Shown here piece after piece: positions 1 to 14,240 of a stretch of 64,000 bases of DNA (position 1 is its first letter; every line of letters starts with the position of its first letter). A program made the position numbers and the translations under genes. The stretch spans positions 137,518,001 through 137,582,000 of the forward strand of contig NC_086097.1 in the NCBI RefSeq assembly GCF_963921235.1. The letters run 5' to 3'. The notes beneath the pieces are model-generated. The model was not told where the DNA came from. It did not search any database and worked only from the letters and a program-made list of their open reading frames with translations. This stretch comes from Mobula hypostoma. Lineage: Eukaryota.

Positions 1-238
1 TTCTCCTGCTTTGTATCCCTTTTGCCAATCAACTTCCCAGCTCTTGACTCCATCCCTCCCCCTCCTATCTTCTCCTATCATTTCAGGTCTCCCCCTCCCC
101 CTCCCACTTTCAAATCTCGTACTATCTCTTCTTTCCGTTAATCCTGACAAAGGGTCTCGACCCGAAACGTCGACTGTACCGCTTCCTATAGATGCTGCCT
201 GGCCTGCTGCGTTCCACCAGCATTTTGTGTGTGTTACG
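1..238 (+). mobile_element. Penelope-like element 3'/pLTR fragment with degenerate hammerhead
   Basis: Same family as copies at 17440, 20372, 44159 and 60992; CTGACAA-AGGGTCTCGACCC-GAAACGTC at 144-171 has a mutated core. Confidence 0.65.
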
Positions 239-955
239 TAATTGATTTACTTGTTTATTTATTATTATGTTTTATTTGATTTATTACTTTTTTTCCTCTC
301 TCTCTCTCTCTACTAGATTATGTATTGCATTGAACTGCCGCTGCAAAGTTAACGAATTTCACGTCACATGCCGGTGATTTTAAACTTGATTCTGATTCTG
401 ATTCACAGTGGAGGACACATCCAAAGAGAACGGATATATAAAAAATTAAATAAATAGTACAAAAAGAGAGCACAAAAAATGCTGAGGTAGTGTTCATCGG
501 TTCATTGTCCATTCAGAAATCTGATGGCGGTTAGGAAGCAGGTGTTCCTAGAACGTTAAGTGTGTGCCTTCGGACACCGGTGCCTCCTGCTCACTGGTAG
601 CAATGAGAAGAGCGCATATTGTGGATGATGGTGTCCTTAATGACGGATGCTGCCTTTTGGAGGCAGCACTTTTTGAAGGTGTCCTTGACGCTGGGGAGGC
701 TAGTGCCCGTGATGGAGCTGGCTGAGTTTTTAGCTTTCTGCAGCTTTTTCAAGTCCTTTGCAGATGGTGATGCAACCAGCTAGAAAGCTCTCCACAATCC
801 ATCTCTAAAAATTTCTGAGTCTTTGGTGACGTACCAATTCTCCTCAAACTCCTAATGAAATATAGCTGCTGTCGTGCCTTCTTCGTAATTGCATCAATAT
901 GTCTGGGCCCAGGACACATCCTCAGAGATGTTGACACCCAGGAATGCAAAACTGC
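239..955. mobile_element. Rex/Babar-type LINE 3' fragments (both orientations)
   Basis: (GATTCT)n tail at ~389-403; minus-strand remnant HIDAITKKARQQLYFIRSLRR homologous to the 29829-30950 element. Confidence 0.65.
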
Positions 956-1694
956 AAGTGGACACATTTGTGAAGATTTACTAAAATTCTCTGGACTCTG
1001 GACAGGTCCTGGCAGATTGGAACGCAGCACATATCATGCCACTGTTTAAAAAAGGACATAAGCAAAGGATGGGTAACTATAGCCAGTCAGCTGAACATCT
1101 GTGATCAGGAAAATGTGGATGGAAATGGTTCCACCAGGCAGACATGGCATGGTCTCATGAAGAGCAAGTACTGTTCGACAAACTTACTGGAGTTCTTCGG
1201 GGATATAAGGAGAACAGGTGAATGTTGTATACTTAGATTTCTGAAAGGTGTTCAATAAGATGCTGCATAAAAAGACTTATTCATAAGATAAGGATGCATG
1301 GAGTTGAGGGCAATGTATTAGTACGGATAGGCGATTGGTTAATCAATAGGAGGCAGAGAGTTGGAATAAATGGGTGTTTCTCCAGTGGGCAGTCAGTGGA
1401 GTGCCGCAGGCATTGGTGTTGGGCCTGCAATTTTTCATTATATACTTTAGTGATTTGAAAGAGGGGCCCAGTTGTAGTGCATCTCAGCTTGCTGACGATG
1501 CTAAGTTGAGTGGAAAAGGAAATTAAGGGGAGGACACAGAGAGTCTGCAGAGCAATAAGAATCTCCCCTTGGCAGCTCATGGAGTAAGGCGTGTTTGTCG
1601 CAGCTCCATCTTTTACAACTTACGTTCCACTGTTAGATTTGTTTAAAGTTTGAAGATTTATTACTTTTGCTGAAGGATTTACGATTCAATTACG

Positions 1695-2582
1695 ATGGCT
1701 GATACTCGATCTGGAATTGAATTAAGAGGTGGTAAAACTCTTCCCGAAGATGAACAAAGAAGGAAATCAGAGGAAGTCTCTACTTCAGAAAGAATGCTCT
1801 CTTTAATAGAAGCCATAGATGCTAAGATTGCTACGGTAGACACCAAAATCGCTAAGCTGACGAATGCTAATGGAAAGCTTGAAAAAACCATTTTTGCTGT
1901 TCAGGAATCTTTTAAGAATCTGAAAGATCAATATCAGATGCTTAAACAGAGCACTCATAGAATTGAAAGAGAACAGGAGTCAACAAGTTAAACTATTAAA
2001 GAACAAGAATTGAAGTTATCTTCTATGGAAAAGAAAATTAATGAGGTTACTTCAGAGTTATCAAGAATTAAGAAGAAAACGATCAATCTGGAAAGCAGAA
2101 GTCGCAGGATGAATTTACGCATACTGGGTTTGCCTGAAAATACGGAAACCGGTGAGCCATTAAAGTTCTTTTCGAACATGTTATATTCACTTTTTAGTGA
2201 GATTCTTGAAGCCTGTCCGCTGCTGGACAGAGCTCACCAAATTCGACATCCCAAGCCTTCAGCCGAAATGAAACCTCATTCTATTATAGTATGTCTGCAT
2301 TATTTTACAACCAAAGAAGTTATTCTTCGGGATGCAAGGAAAAGGGATAAGCTAATTTATGACAGAGCAAAGATACGTATAGTTGAAGATTTTACCCCTG
2401 AGATTTATGCTGAAAGAATTAAATATCGGGAAATCATGGCTGAAATCAATAAGTTTAATTGTTGTCCTTCTCTGCGTTATCCAGCTCGTCTGATAATTAC
2501 TCCACCTAATTCTCATTCAAAACGGATTGACACCCCAGAAGATGGTTGGAAATTTATAAAGGAGTTTAAGTCCATTTTGTAA
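1695..2582 (+). pseudogene. L1 ORF1p (coiled coil + RRM + CTD) with one in-frame stop
   Basis: ORFs 1695-1991 and 2010-2582 share a frame and are separated by TAA at 1989-1991; motifs LESRSRRMNLRILGLPE, LDRAH, RIVEDF, LRYPARL. Confidence 0.88.
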
Positions 2583-4350
2583 GCAATTTGAATAGTTAAT
2601 CCTTAGCTGGGAGCTGTTTGTAGCGGCTTTGATGAAAGTACGCTCCACGTTTTATGAGTGCCCAGACATGGACTTGGTGGATGTACTCAGATCCATTGTT
2701 GTTTGCTTTAATAGTTAATATAGTTTTGGGCTTAATATATATATATAAATACTTATTCTTTCTTTGATTTGTAAGTCATTAACATTAGTTGTAGTTTATT
2801 AATTGGTTGGATTTATCTTTTTTGAATACATGGTTACGTATTTTAAATGAATCTAAGATAGCTGTCGTTAGTTCGGTGTTAACTATTGTTAGACATAATA
2901 TGAAAATATTTGGAATTGGTTATTTATGTACCTTTTGTTATGTCTTTCTGGTGGTGGCAACTTTGTAAGCAAGAGCTGCTAACTGGAGACAGGGGTCAAA
3001 GGTCATTAGAGCAGCATGCCGTCTGTCTTTTGGATGGTTTCCGGGTTTTGGGGGGAGGAGGAGGATCTATTAGATTAGTTTTTTTTTCGACTGGGCAGTC
3101 CTGTGAGGTTTTTTTTGGGTCAATTATCTTGTTTCTCTTTCTGATCGAGTCATGCTTTGTCCTTTCTTTGGATTTAGTTTGCACCTGCGCATTAGCTTAT
3201 TTTATAGAAATTTTAAATATGGCTTTTAATAAAATCAATATGATATCTTGGAATCGGAATGGTATGAACCAACCTATTAAGCGCAGAAAGATTTTTAAGA
3301 AATTAAAAACACATCAATGCAGATATTATTTTTGCGCAGGAGACTCATATCCGTAGGCAGGAGGAAAATCGTTCTTTTAAATTTTGGAAGGGATCCTTAT
3401 TTCATTCTTTATCAGTAAATAAAATAAGAGGGGTATCTATTTTTATTAATTCTAAAATCCCTTTTGTACACTTCAACATGGTTACTGATTTAATTGGAAG
3501 ATATTTAATTGTTACCGGTTTGTTATGTGGACAAAAGGTGGCTTTGGTGTGTGGTTATGCCCCTAATATAGATAGCCCTGAATTTTTTAAGAAGATATTT
3601 TCTGTGTTGCCGAATTTAAATGAATATAAGTTGATTATGGGTGATGACTTTAACTGCTGTCTCAATCCGTTGATTGACAGATTGTCCACCAATCCGTCAC
3701 TTCCTAATAAAGCCGCGACTTGTATTAATTCTTTTTTATTAGAATACGGTCCGGTCAATATTTGGAGATTTATGTACCCTACAGATAAGGATTTTTCTTT
3801 TTTTCCACTTGCATACCATAAATACTCAAGAATTGATTATTTTTTGATGGACACACGTTTGGTGCCCTCTGTTGCTGATTGTGCATACGATGTCATTGCT
3901 TTGTTGGATCATGCACCTATGAAGTTAACTTTGAAGTTTTCTGATAATATACTGAAGGTTCCTCAGTGGAGATTTAATGCTACATTGCTACAAGATTCAA
4001 CCTTTGTAGGTTTTATGAAAGAGCAAATTTCACTATTTTTTGAATTAACTACAACTGAGGGAATGTCAGATTTAGTTATTTGGGACACGATGAAATCTTT
4101 TCTTAGGGGATAGATAATTTCATACTTAATAGGTTTAAGAAGGAAAACCAAGGAGGAACTTTTAGTGATTACTGATAGGATTAAAGAAATAGACAAAGTT
4201 TATTCAGTAATGCCAAGTGAAGATCTCTATAAGGAAAGGGTGGAACCCCAAACACAGCATGATTTGCTTTTGACTTTTCCCATTGAGCAGCAACTTCTTA
4301 AATCTAAAAGCCAATTTTATATACATGGAGACAGGTCAGGCAAATTATTA

Positions 4351-7086
4351 ATAGAACATAGAATAGTACAGCACAGTACAGGCCCTTCGGCCCACAATGT
4401 TGTGCCGACCCTCAAACCCTGCCTCCAATATAACCCCCCACCTTAAATTCCTCCATATACCTGTCTAGTAGTCTCTTAAACTTCACTAGTGTATCTGCCT
4501 CCACCACTGACTCAGGCAGTGCATTCCAAGCACCAACCACTGTCTGAGTAAAAAACCTTCCTCTGATATCCCCCTTGAACTTCTCACCCCTTACCTTAAA
4601 GCCATGTCCTCTTGTATTGAGCAGTGGTGCCCTGGGGAAGAGGCGCTGGCTATCCACTATCTATTCCTCTTATTATCTTGTACACCTCTATCATGTCTCC
4701 TCTCATCCTCCTTCTCTCCAAAGAGTAAAGCCCTAGCTCCCTTAATCTCTGATCATAATGCATACTTTCTAAACCAGGCAGCATCCTGGTAAATCTCCTC
4801 TGTACCCTTTCCAATGCTTCCACATCCTTCCTATAGTGAGGTGACCAGAACTGGACACAGTACTCCAAGTGTGGCCTAACCAGAGTTTTATAGAGCTGCA
4901 TCATTACATCGCGACTCATAAACTCTATCCCTCGACTTATGAAAGCTAACACCCCATAAGCTTTCTTAACTACACTATCCACCTGTGAGGCAACTTTCAG
5001 GGATCTGTGGACATGTACCCCGAGATCCCTCTGCTCCTCCACACTACCAAGTATCCTGCCATTTACTTTGTACTCTACCTTGGAGTTTGTCCTTCCAAAG
5101 TGTACAACCTCACACTTCTCCGGGTTGAACTCCATCTGCCACTTCTCAGCCCACTTCTGCATCCTATCAATGTCTCTCTGCAATCTTTGACAATCCTCTA
5201 CACTATCTACAACACCACCAACGTTTGTGTCATCTGCAAACTTGCCAACCCACCCTTCTACCCCCACATCCAGGTCGTTAATAAAAATCACAAAAAGTAG
5301 AGGTCCCAGAACAGATCCTTGTGGGACACCACTAGTCACAATCCTCCAATCTGAATGTACTCCCTCCACCACCACCCTCTGCCTTCTGCAGGCAAGCCAA
5401 TTCTGAATCCACCTGACCAAACTTCCCTGGATCCCATGCCTTCTAACCTTCTGAATAAGCCTACTGTGTGGAACCTTGTCAAATGCCTTACTAAAATCCA
5501 TATAGATCACATCTACTGCACTACCCTCATCTATATGCCTGGTCACTTCCTCAAAGAACTCTATCAGGCTTGTTAGACATGATCTGCCCTTCACAAAGCC
5601 ATGCTGACTGTCCCTGATCAGACCATGATTCTCTAAATGCCTATAGATCCTACTTCTAAGAATCTTTTTCAACAGCTTTCCCACCACAGACGTAAGGCTC
5701 ACTGGTCTATAATTACCCGGACTATCCCTACTACCTTTCTTGAACAAGGGAACAACATTCGCCTCCCTCCAATCCTCTGGTACCATTCCCGTGGACAACG
5801 AGGACATAAAGATCCTAGCCAGAGGCTCAGCAATCTCTTCTCTCGCCTCGTGGAGCAGCCGGGGGAATATTCCGTCAGGCCCCGGGGACTTATCTGTCCT
5901 AATGTATTTTAACAACTCCAACACCTCCTCTCCCTTAATATCAGCATGCTCCAGAACATCAACCTCACTCATATTGTCCTCACCATCATCGTTCCCTCTC
6001 ATTGGTGAATACCGAAGAGAAGTATTCATTGAGGACCTCGCTCACTTCCACAGCCTCCAGGCACATCTTCCCACCCTTATCTCTAATCGGTCCTACCTTC
6101 ACTCCTGTCATCCTTTTTTTCTTCACATAATTGAAGAATGCCTTGGGGTTTTCCTTTACCCTACTCGCCAAGGCCTTCTCATGCCCCCTTCTTGCTCTTC
6201 TCAGCCCCTTCTTAAGCTCCTTTCTTGCTTCCCTATATTCCTCAATGGACCCATCTGATCCTTGCTTCCTAAACCTCATGTATGCTGCCTTCTTCCTCCT
6301 GACTAGATTTTCCACCTCACTTGTCACCCATGGTTCCTTCACCCTACCATTCTTTATCTTCCTCACCGGGACAAATTTATCCCTTACATCCCGCAAGAGA
6401 TCTCTAAACATCGACCACATGTCCATAGTACATTTCCCTGCAAAACCACTATCCCAATTCACACCCGCAAGTTCTAGCCTTATAGCCTCATAATTTGCCT
6501 TTCCCCAATGAAAAATTTTCCTGTCCTCTTTGATTCTATCCTTTTCCATGATAATTATAAAGGCCAGGGAGCGGTGGTCACTGTCCCCCAGATGCTCACG
6601 CACTGAGAGATCTGTGACCTGACCCGGTTCATTACCTAGTACTAGATCTAGTATGGCATTCCCCCTGGTCGGCCTGTCCACATACTGTGACAGGAATCCG
6701 TCCTGGACACACTTAACAAATTCTGCCCCATCTAAACCCTTGGAACTAATCAGGTGCCAATCAATATTAGGGAAGTTAAAGTCACCCATGATAACAACCC
6801 TGTTATTTTTGCACCTTTCCAAAATCTGCCTCCCAATCTGCTCCTCTGTATCTCTGCTGCTACCAGGGGGCCTATAGAATACCCCCAGTAGAGTAACTGC
6901 TCCCTTCCTGTTCCTGACTTCCACCCATATTGACTCAAAAGAGGATCCTGCTACATTACCCACCCTTTCTGTAGCTGTAATAGTATCCCTGACCAGTAAT
7001 GCCACCCCTCCTCCCCTTTTTCCTCCCTCTCTATCCCTTTTAAAGCACTGAAATCCAGGAATATTGAGAATCCATTCCTGCCCTGG
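4351..7086 (-). mobile_element. Young 5'-truncated CR1 LINE inserted in L1 ORF2
   Basis: ORFs 5986-7005 (APE part: YRPP, GDFNFP, SDH) and 4650-6029 ([29 protein letters not shown]); two small frameshifts; (TTCTATG)-type tail at 4351-4365; the L1 frame GKLL|AGQL rejoins across it. Confidence 0.95.
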
Positions 7087-8290
7087 TTAGCTGGTCAGTT
7101 AAAAGCAGCTATGGCTAGAAGACAGATCCTGAAAATTTGAACACCTGATAGAACCGAAACAGTAGATCCTTATGAAAATAATAAGGTGTTTATGGATTTC
7201 TACTCTAACCTTTATAAATCTGAATTTTTCAGACAATATTACTTTTATGAAAATTTTTGCAAAAATTGAATATACCTAAAATTTCTATCCAAGATATGAA
7301 CACATTAGATGCACCTATTAAACAAGAGGAAATAGCAAGGGCTATATCCTCTTCCCAACCAGCCAAGGCTCCGGGACCAGATGGATATACAGTGGAATTT
7401 TATAAGACTTTCACTGAATACTGACACCTTATTTATGTCAAATTTTCACTGATTCTATATCCTCTGGGAATCTCCCAAAAACTTTTTATGAAGCATCAAT
7501 CCCACTAATTCCTAAGAAAGAAAAAGATTTATTTGCATGTGCTTTCTATAGACCAATCTCTTTACTGAATGTGGATTTAAAAATACTTTCTCAGATTTTG
7601 GCTAATAGACTTGAGAGTATTATTGTTATTTCCAATGAGCAAACTGGATTTATTAAAAATAGGTATTCACGTTTTAACATTCGAAGATTATTAACATTAT
7701 TCACTCGTCTCCATCTAAAGAATCCGAATGTGTTGTTTCTCTTGATGTGGAGAAAGCTTTTGATAGGGTGCAGTGGTTTTACTTATTTGAGGTTTTGGAA
7801 AGATTTAATTTTGGTCCGGGATTTACTTCCTGGATCAAGTTGATCTATCAAGCTCTTATGGCTGTGGTTATAACTAATAATCAAAAATCTCCTTACTTTA
7901 GATTATACAGAGGTACTCGGTAGGGATGTCCTCTTAGCCCTTTATTATTTAACTTGGCTTTAGAACCCCTTGCTATTGCTCTTAGAGATTACAATACTGT
8001 TCAGGGTTTTAAGAGAGGGGACAAAGTACACAAAGTTTCGTTGTATGCAGATGAGCTGTTAGTTTATATTTCAGATCCTAGGAAATCTATTCCTTCTATG
8101 CTATCTATATTTTCTGAATTTAGTAGTTTTTCTGGATATAAATTAAATTTACATCAAAGTGAGTTATTTCCCATTAATAATTACTCAGATCAATATCATC
8201 AAGTACCTTTTAGTATTGCTAAAAATTGCTTTACTTATCTTGGTATTAAAATTACTAAAAATTTTAAGGACCTATATAAATATTAATTTA

Positions 8291-9734
8291 TTATACCCAA
8301 CAAAGGAGGGAGAGAGAAACCAGGGAATTATAGACTGGTTAGCCTAACGTCGGTGGTGGGGAAACTGCTGGAGTCAGTTATCAAAGATGTGATAACAGCA
8401 CATTTGGAAAGCAGTGAAATCATTGGACAAAGTCAGCATGGATTTGTGAAAGGAAAATTATGTCTGGAGAATTTCAGAATTTTTTGAGGATGTAACTAGT
8501 AGAGTGGATAGGGGAGAACCAGTGGATGTGGTATATTTGGATTTTCAAAAGGCTTTTGACAAGGTCCCACACAGGAGATTAGTGTGCAAACTTAAAGCAC
8601 ACGGTATTGGAGGTAAGGTATTGATGTGGATGGAGAATTGGTTAGCAGACAGGAAGCAAAGAGTGGGAATAAACGGGACCTTTTCAGAATGGCAGGCGGT
8701 GACTAGTGGGGTACGGCAAGGCTCAGTGCTGGGACCCCAGTTGTTTACAATATATATTAATGACTTGGATGAGGGAATTAAATGCAGCATCTCCAAGTTT
8801 GCGGATGACACGAAGCTGGGTGGCAGTGTTAGCTGTGAGGAGGATGCTAAGAGGATGCAGAGTGACTTGGATAGGTTGGGTGAGTGGGCAAATTCATGGC
8901 AGATGCAATTTAATGTGGATAAATGTGAAGTTATCCACTTTGGTGGCAAAAGTAGGAAAACAGATTATTATCTGAATGGTGGCCAATTAGGAAAAGGGGA
9001 GGTGCAACGAGACCTGGGTGTCATTATACACCAGTCATTGAAAGTGGGCATGCAGGTGCAGCAGGCAGTGAAAAAGGCGAATGGCATGCTGGCATTTATA
9101 GCGAGAGGATTCAAGTACAGGAGCAGGGAGGTACTACTGCAGTTGTACAAGGCCTTGGTGAGACCACACCTGGAGTATTGTGTGCAGTTTTGGTCCCCTT
9201 ATCTGAGGAAAGACATCCTTGCCATAGAGGGAGTACAAAGAAGGTTCACCAGATTGATTCCTGGGATGGCAGGACTTTCATATGAAGAAAGACTGGATGA
9301 ACTGGGCTTGTACTCGTTGGAATTTAGAAGATTGAGGGGGGATCTGATTGAAACGTATAAAATCCTAAAGGGATTGGACAGGCTAGATGCAGGAAGATTG
9401 TTCCCGATGTTGGGGAAGTCCAGAACGAGGGGTCACAGTTTGAGGATAAAGGGGAAGCCTTTTAGGACCGAGATTAGGAAAAACTTCTTCACAAAGAGAG
9501 TGGTGAATCTGTGGAATTCTCTGCCACAGGAAACAGTTGAGGCCAGTTCATTGGCTATATTTAAGAGGGAGTTAGATATGGCCCTTGTGGCTACGGGGAT
9601 CAGGGGGTATGGAGGGAAGGCTGGGGCGGGGTTCTGAGTTGGATGATCAGCCATGATCATAATAAATGGCGGTGCAGGCTCGAAGGGCCGAATGCCCTAC
9701 TCCTGCACCTATTTTCTGTGTTTCTATGTTTCTA
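8291..9734 (+). mobile_element. 5'-truncated CR1 LINE (different subfamily) inserted in L1 ORF2
   Basis: 377-aa ORF 8504-9637 with YLDFQKAFDKVPH, QGSVLGP, FADD, RPHLEYCVQFWSP; 3' hairpin and (TTTCTATG)n tail. Confidence 0.95.
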
Positions 9735-12170
9735 AATGCTTTCTAAATGGTCACCTATGACGTTATCATTAATAGGTCAAATTAATGCTATTAAAATTAT
9801 AGTTTTATCAAAATTCTTATATACATTTCAGGCAGTTCCTACCTTTGTTCCTAAAACATTTTTTGATAGAATAGATTCTATAATCTTATTTTATTTTTGG
9901 AATAATAAAAATCCTAGATTAAGTATACCTTTATTACAGAAATTTAAAAAGGATGGTGGTATGGCTTGGCCAAATTTTAGAGTGTATTATTGGGCAATTA
10001 ATATTCGATATATTACTTTTTGGATTCATTACTCAGACATACATAAATGTCCTTCATGGTTGGATTTGGAGGAAAACTCGGTGAAGGGGTTCTCTTTGGC
10101 CTCTTTACTGGGAGCTCCTCTTCCCTTTTTGTTTTCTAAGATTAGTAGACAAGAATTTAATCCTGTTATTAAACATACTTTAAGAATTTGGTTTCAGTTT
10201 CCTAGATTTTTTGAGTTAAATATTTTTGTTCTTTCTAGTATTTTCCATTTTAATTATTTTTTTTAAACCATCAATTTTGGATAAGACCTTTTTAATTGGA
10301 AAACCAATGGAATAACAACTTGTTCAGATTTGTCTTTATGGGACTGTTTAATATCTTTTTCTCAGTTGTGGATAAATATGGTTTACCTAATGTACATTTC
10401 TTTAGATATTTACAAATTAGGAATTTTTTACGTGGTTTGCTGCCAAATTACCCTTCTTCTTATTCACCTAATATGACAGATGCTCTTTTACAGCTTTAAC
10501 CACTTCAAAAAGGGTTGATAGCTATAACTTATAAATCAATATTGAATTTATGAATGATATCTGATGATAACATTAAACGTGCTTGGGAATTCTAAGTTCA
10601 GGAGTCATTTTCAGATAATCAATGGAGTAAAATTCTTCATTTGGTTAATAACTCATCTATTTGTGCCCGTCATTCCTTGATACAGATCAAGGTCGTGCAT
10701 CGGGCCATGTGTCAAAGGATGAACCAGCACGTATTTTTTCCAACGTCAATCCTATTTGGGACAGATGTAATAGTGAAGTGGCCAGGTTAACTCATATGTT
10801 TTGGTCTTGTATAAAGCTAGACAAATCTTGGAGACGTTTTTAAAACATTATCAAAAGTCTTGGATCTGGACCTATAACGTAATTTACTTACCGCAATATT
10901 TGGGATTACCCCATCAAAACCAGGAAATATTCCTGTTTCTGCTCAGCATATGATAACCTTTTCAACTTTATTGGCCAGGAGAGCCATTTTACCTAAGTGG
11001 AAGGATTCTAATCCACCTACTGTATTTTATTGACTTTCCTCCATTATGTTCTGTTTAAATTTAGAGGAAATAAGAAGTCGGACATTTGATACATCCTTTA
11101 AATTTGAGCAAATCTGGTGACCTTTTATTCAATATTTTTATTTAATTTGATTTATTACTCTTCCAATTTCTTTTTTTTTGAAGTTTTAGATTTGATCAGA
11201 AAGTCTTTCTCTTTTTTTTTGGTTGTATCCTCAGAATGGACTGCCCAGTCCCTTTTCTTTTGTATAGTGTGGTGGGTTTTTTTTCCTTCATTTAAAATCC
11301 AAAGTTTTTTCTTTCCTCTTCATGAACTGATAAGAGAAGAATTGCTGTTTTCTTTTTTATTTATATTGTTTACTAGCTTAACACTATGTATGATTTTGAT
11401 AATGTCTATTTCAATCTCTGTTTGTATTGTTATTGATATATATATTTGAGATAATTCTCCTCTTGTTTGTATTTATGTTCCTTTTAAATCAATAAAAAGA
11501 TTAATAAAGAAAGAAAGAAAGAATCAGTTAAGTGAGTGGGCAAGGGTCTGGCAGATGGAGTACAATGTTGGTAACTGCCGTGTCATCCACGTTGGAAGGG
11601 AAAATAGGAGAAAAGATTATTATTTAAATTGTGAAAGGTTTCAACATGCTGTTGTGCAGAGGGACTTCAGAATGTTTGTGCATGAACATCAGAAGGTTGG
11701 TTTGTAGATGCTTCAGGTTATCCAGTGGGAAAAGGAATGTTGGCCTTCATTGCCAGAGGGATGGAATTTTAAAGCAGAGATTTAACACTGTAATTGTACA
11801 GAGTACTGGTGAGGGTGCAGCTGGAGTACTGCATGCTGTTCCAGGCTCTTTACTTAAATAAAGATATGTTGGCTTTGGAAGCTGGGTGAGGAAGTTCCAA
11901 GTTGATTCCAGAGATGAGGGGGTTCACCAATGAGGACAGATTGAGTCACTCGCTGGAATTCAGAAGAATGAGAGAGGATCTTACAGAAACATATAAAATT
12001 ATGAAACAAATAGACAGACGCAGGTAGTTGAGAGTAGGACTAGGGGCATAGCCTCAAGATTCAGGGGAATAGGTTTAGGATGGAGATGAGGAGAAACTGC
12101 TTTTCCCAGTGAGCAATGAATCTGTGGAATTCTATGCTCAGGCAACTAGTAGTGGCCAGATTATTAAATA

Positions 12171-12927
12171 CAGTGGATTCTGGTTAATTGGGCAGCCACT
12201 TATTTGGGACAACTCTTAAAGAATAAAAACAAATCCAGCAAATAGCCAGAATTTATTTGGGACACTTTGCTGCTTAACTGGGGCAGGAGTCTGTTGGTAA
12301 ACAGTTTCTAACTATCATCAGACGCATGTACTTGTGTAGTCACTGCGTGTGCCTGTGTTCAAAAAATCAGTGATTTTTGTCACTGATAGTTAACGAGAAA
12401 TAAGCATTAAGATAATTCAGAACTGTTTTGCTCACTGCAATTTAAAGCATTCAGGCTTGGAGATGCCAAAAACAGCCAGGAGTGAAAATGAAACAATTTC
12501 ACTACTTCAAGTTAGGACTTATGCAGAATTTAAAGATATCAACGATTATTTTGAATGCAACAATGAAAATCAAGATTTGGGGAATGCAATTGTCGAAAAT
12601 TGTATGAAGGCAGTCCATTGTCTGTGTGAGATGTTTTGCCTTTCTTTTGTTTTTTTCAGTCAAACAAAAGAACATGGCAGCAAAATTCCTCCTTCAATAA
12701 CTATTAGTAACTAATACAGTTTTATAGTACTGTAGTAGTATTGATACTGTTCTAATTTGTTCTGTATTTCATTTAAATACATAATTTGTTAGTCTGTAGT
12801 TAAACTGTAGTTTCTCTTTTTCATACTTTTTTAAACTATTTCCATTAAACTTCAACTAATTGAGGCAACCTCATAATTAGGCCTGAATATATTAGTCTGA
12901 TGTGTCCCAATGAACTGGAATCCACTG
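12171..12927. mobile_element. Non-autonomous Tc1/mariner-superfamily (Tigger/pogo-like) MITE
   Basis: Imperfect TIRs CAGTGGATTCTGGTTAATTGGG / CCCAATGAACTGGAATCCACTG flanked by TA on both sides; second copy at 36320-37556. Confidence 0.8.
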
Positions 12928-13849
12928 TACGTTTAAGACAGCTAGACAGATTTTAGCATAGCAGTGGAATTAAGGGTTAGGGGAAAAGGTAGGTAGTTGG
13001 AGCCAAGTCCATGCCAGATCAGCTATGATCTTATTGAATGGCAGACCAGGCTTGACGGGTCAGATGGCTGAATCCTGATCCTATTATGTTTTTATGTAAA
13101 TTGCCTCAAACATAAGTGGATAGCAGGAGAATTGGTTTGAGGCTAGTTTATAGGTATGTGAGGCAGGCAACAGGGAAATAAGTGGAGGAAGTTTTGAGAC
13201 CGCCTTAAAAAAGGGGCTGAATGGCCATAAAGGAATGTGAAAATAATATGACTTGAAGGAATTTCATCTTGCGTCAGCCCCAACTGGCCTACCCCTTACC
13301 TTGAAATCATGGCACCCTGGTGCTAGACTCCTCAGAAAGGAAAAAGATCCTTCACTTGCTGAGCCCTGTGTTAGATATTTTGTATGCTCCAAAGAGGTCA
13401 CCTAGTATTCTACTGAACTCCAGAGAATGGAGTGCAAAGAGCCCGCTGGTGCTAAAACAGAGACACCAATGGCACTTTGTACAGGCTTTACTGCTGTAAA
13501 AGCAGATGCTCCATTGGTGCTAAGGGATGAGATCGCAGTCAGGAATCCCAACTACATTAGAATTATTGCATAGCCCTGCGAATTAGCTTGGGCACACACA
13601 AGCAGTTCATAACAGACTTGTCCCAATCTGTGGGTCTGCAATACAACCTCTGTAAATACCACAATGTAGCATCTAAATATCTTTTAATATCTGGAGCACA
13701 GACACATTTGCAAAATGAACTCTTATTCTACAGGACATTATTCTAAATAACCTTGTTAAAGACTTTTCTGCCACTATTTCCATTTCCCTTACATACAGTA
13801 CAAGTAGTGCTTGATAGCTGTGCGCCTGTAATCTCTGGATTTTAGATGA

Positions 13850-14240
13850 ATGAGGGGAGGGGGCCTCACTGAAACCCACCAAATGTTGAAAGGCTTAGAC
13901 AGAGTTAATTTGGAGAGGATGTTTCCTATAGTGAGTGAACCTGGGACTAACGGGCACAGCCTCAGAATAGAAGGACATTCCTTTAGAACAGAGGTGAGAA
14001 GGAATTTCTTTAGCTATAAGGTAGTGAGTCTGTGCAATTCATTGCCACAGACAGATGCAGAGTCATTGAGTATACTATATTTAAAGCAAAGGTTGATAGG
14101 TTCTTGATTAGAAAGGACATCAAAGATGTCAAGATGAAGGCAGGAGAATGGGGTTAAAAGGGAAAAATAATCAGACACGAACAAATGGCAGAGCAGACGC
14201 AATGGGCTGAATAATCTAATTCTGCTCCTATTTCTTAGAG
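13850..14240 (+). mobile_element. CR1 3'-end fragment
   Basis: LKGLDRV...GHSLRIEGHSFRTEVRRNFFS remnant plus CR1-type 3' UTR. Confidence 0.75.

Larger units (their letters stand above)
3219..11120 (+). pseudogene. L1 ORF2p (APE endonuclease / reverse transcriptase), frameshifted and interrupted
   Basis: ISWNxNG, QETH, YAPN, SRIDYF, DHAP; KAPGPDG, YRPISLLNVD, QTGFIK, DVEKAFDRV, GCPLSPLLF, LYADE (for YADD), YLGI; DRC..HMFWSC knuckle. Confidence 0.9.
1564..11518 (+). mobile_element. Full-length fish-type L1-clade LINE, inactivated
   Basis: ORF1 then ORF2 (APE, RT, C-terminal zinc knuckle), T-rich 3' UTR, AATAAA and (AAAG)n tail at 11491-11523; candidate TSD AAGAATC at 1557-1563 and 11519-11525. 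Confidence 0.92.
985..13098 (+). mobile_element. Old degenerate CR1 LINE (pieces ~985-1563 and ~11519-13098) split by later insertions
   Basis: Decayed CR1 RT sequence reads continuously across the L1 (…GAGTCTGCAG… / …GTTAAGTGAGTGGGCAAGGGTCTGGCAGATGG…) and across the MITE; ends in a CR1-like 3' hairpin and tail near 13050-13098. Confidence 0.7.

Noticed and set aside
5007..6877. Plus-strand ORFs antisense to the CR1
   Set aside because: Shadow frames of CR1 ORF2, mirrored in the second copy at 40035-41540; no independent coding evidence.
4650..9637. Long RT ORFs as host genes or a retron-like system
   Set aside because: They are standard CR1 ORF2 fragments, 5'-truncated, with LINE tails and frameshifts.
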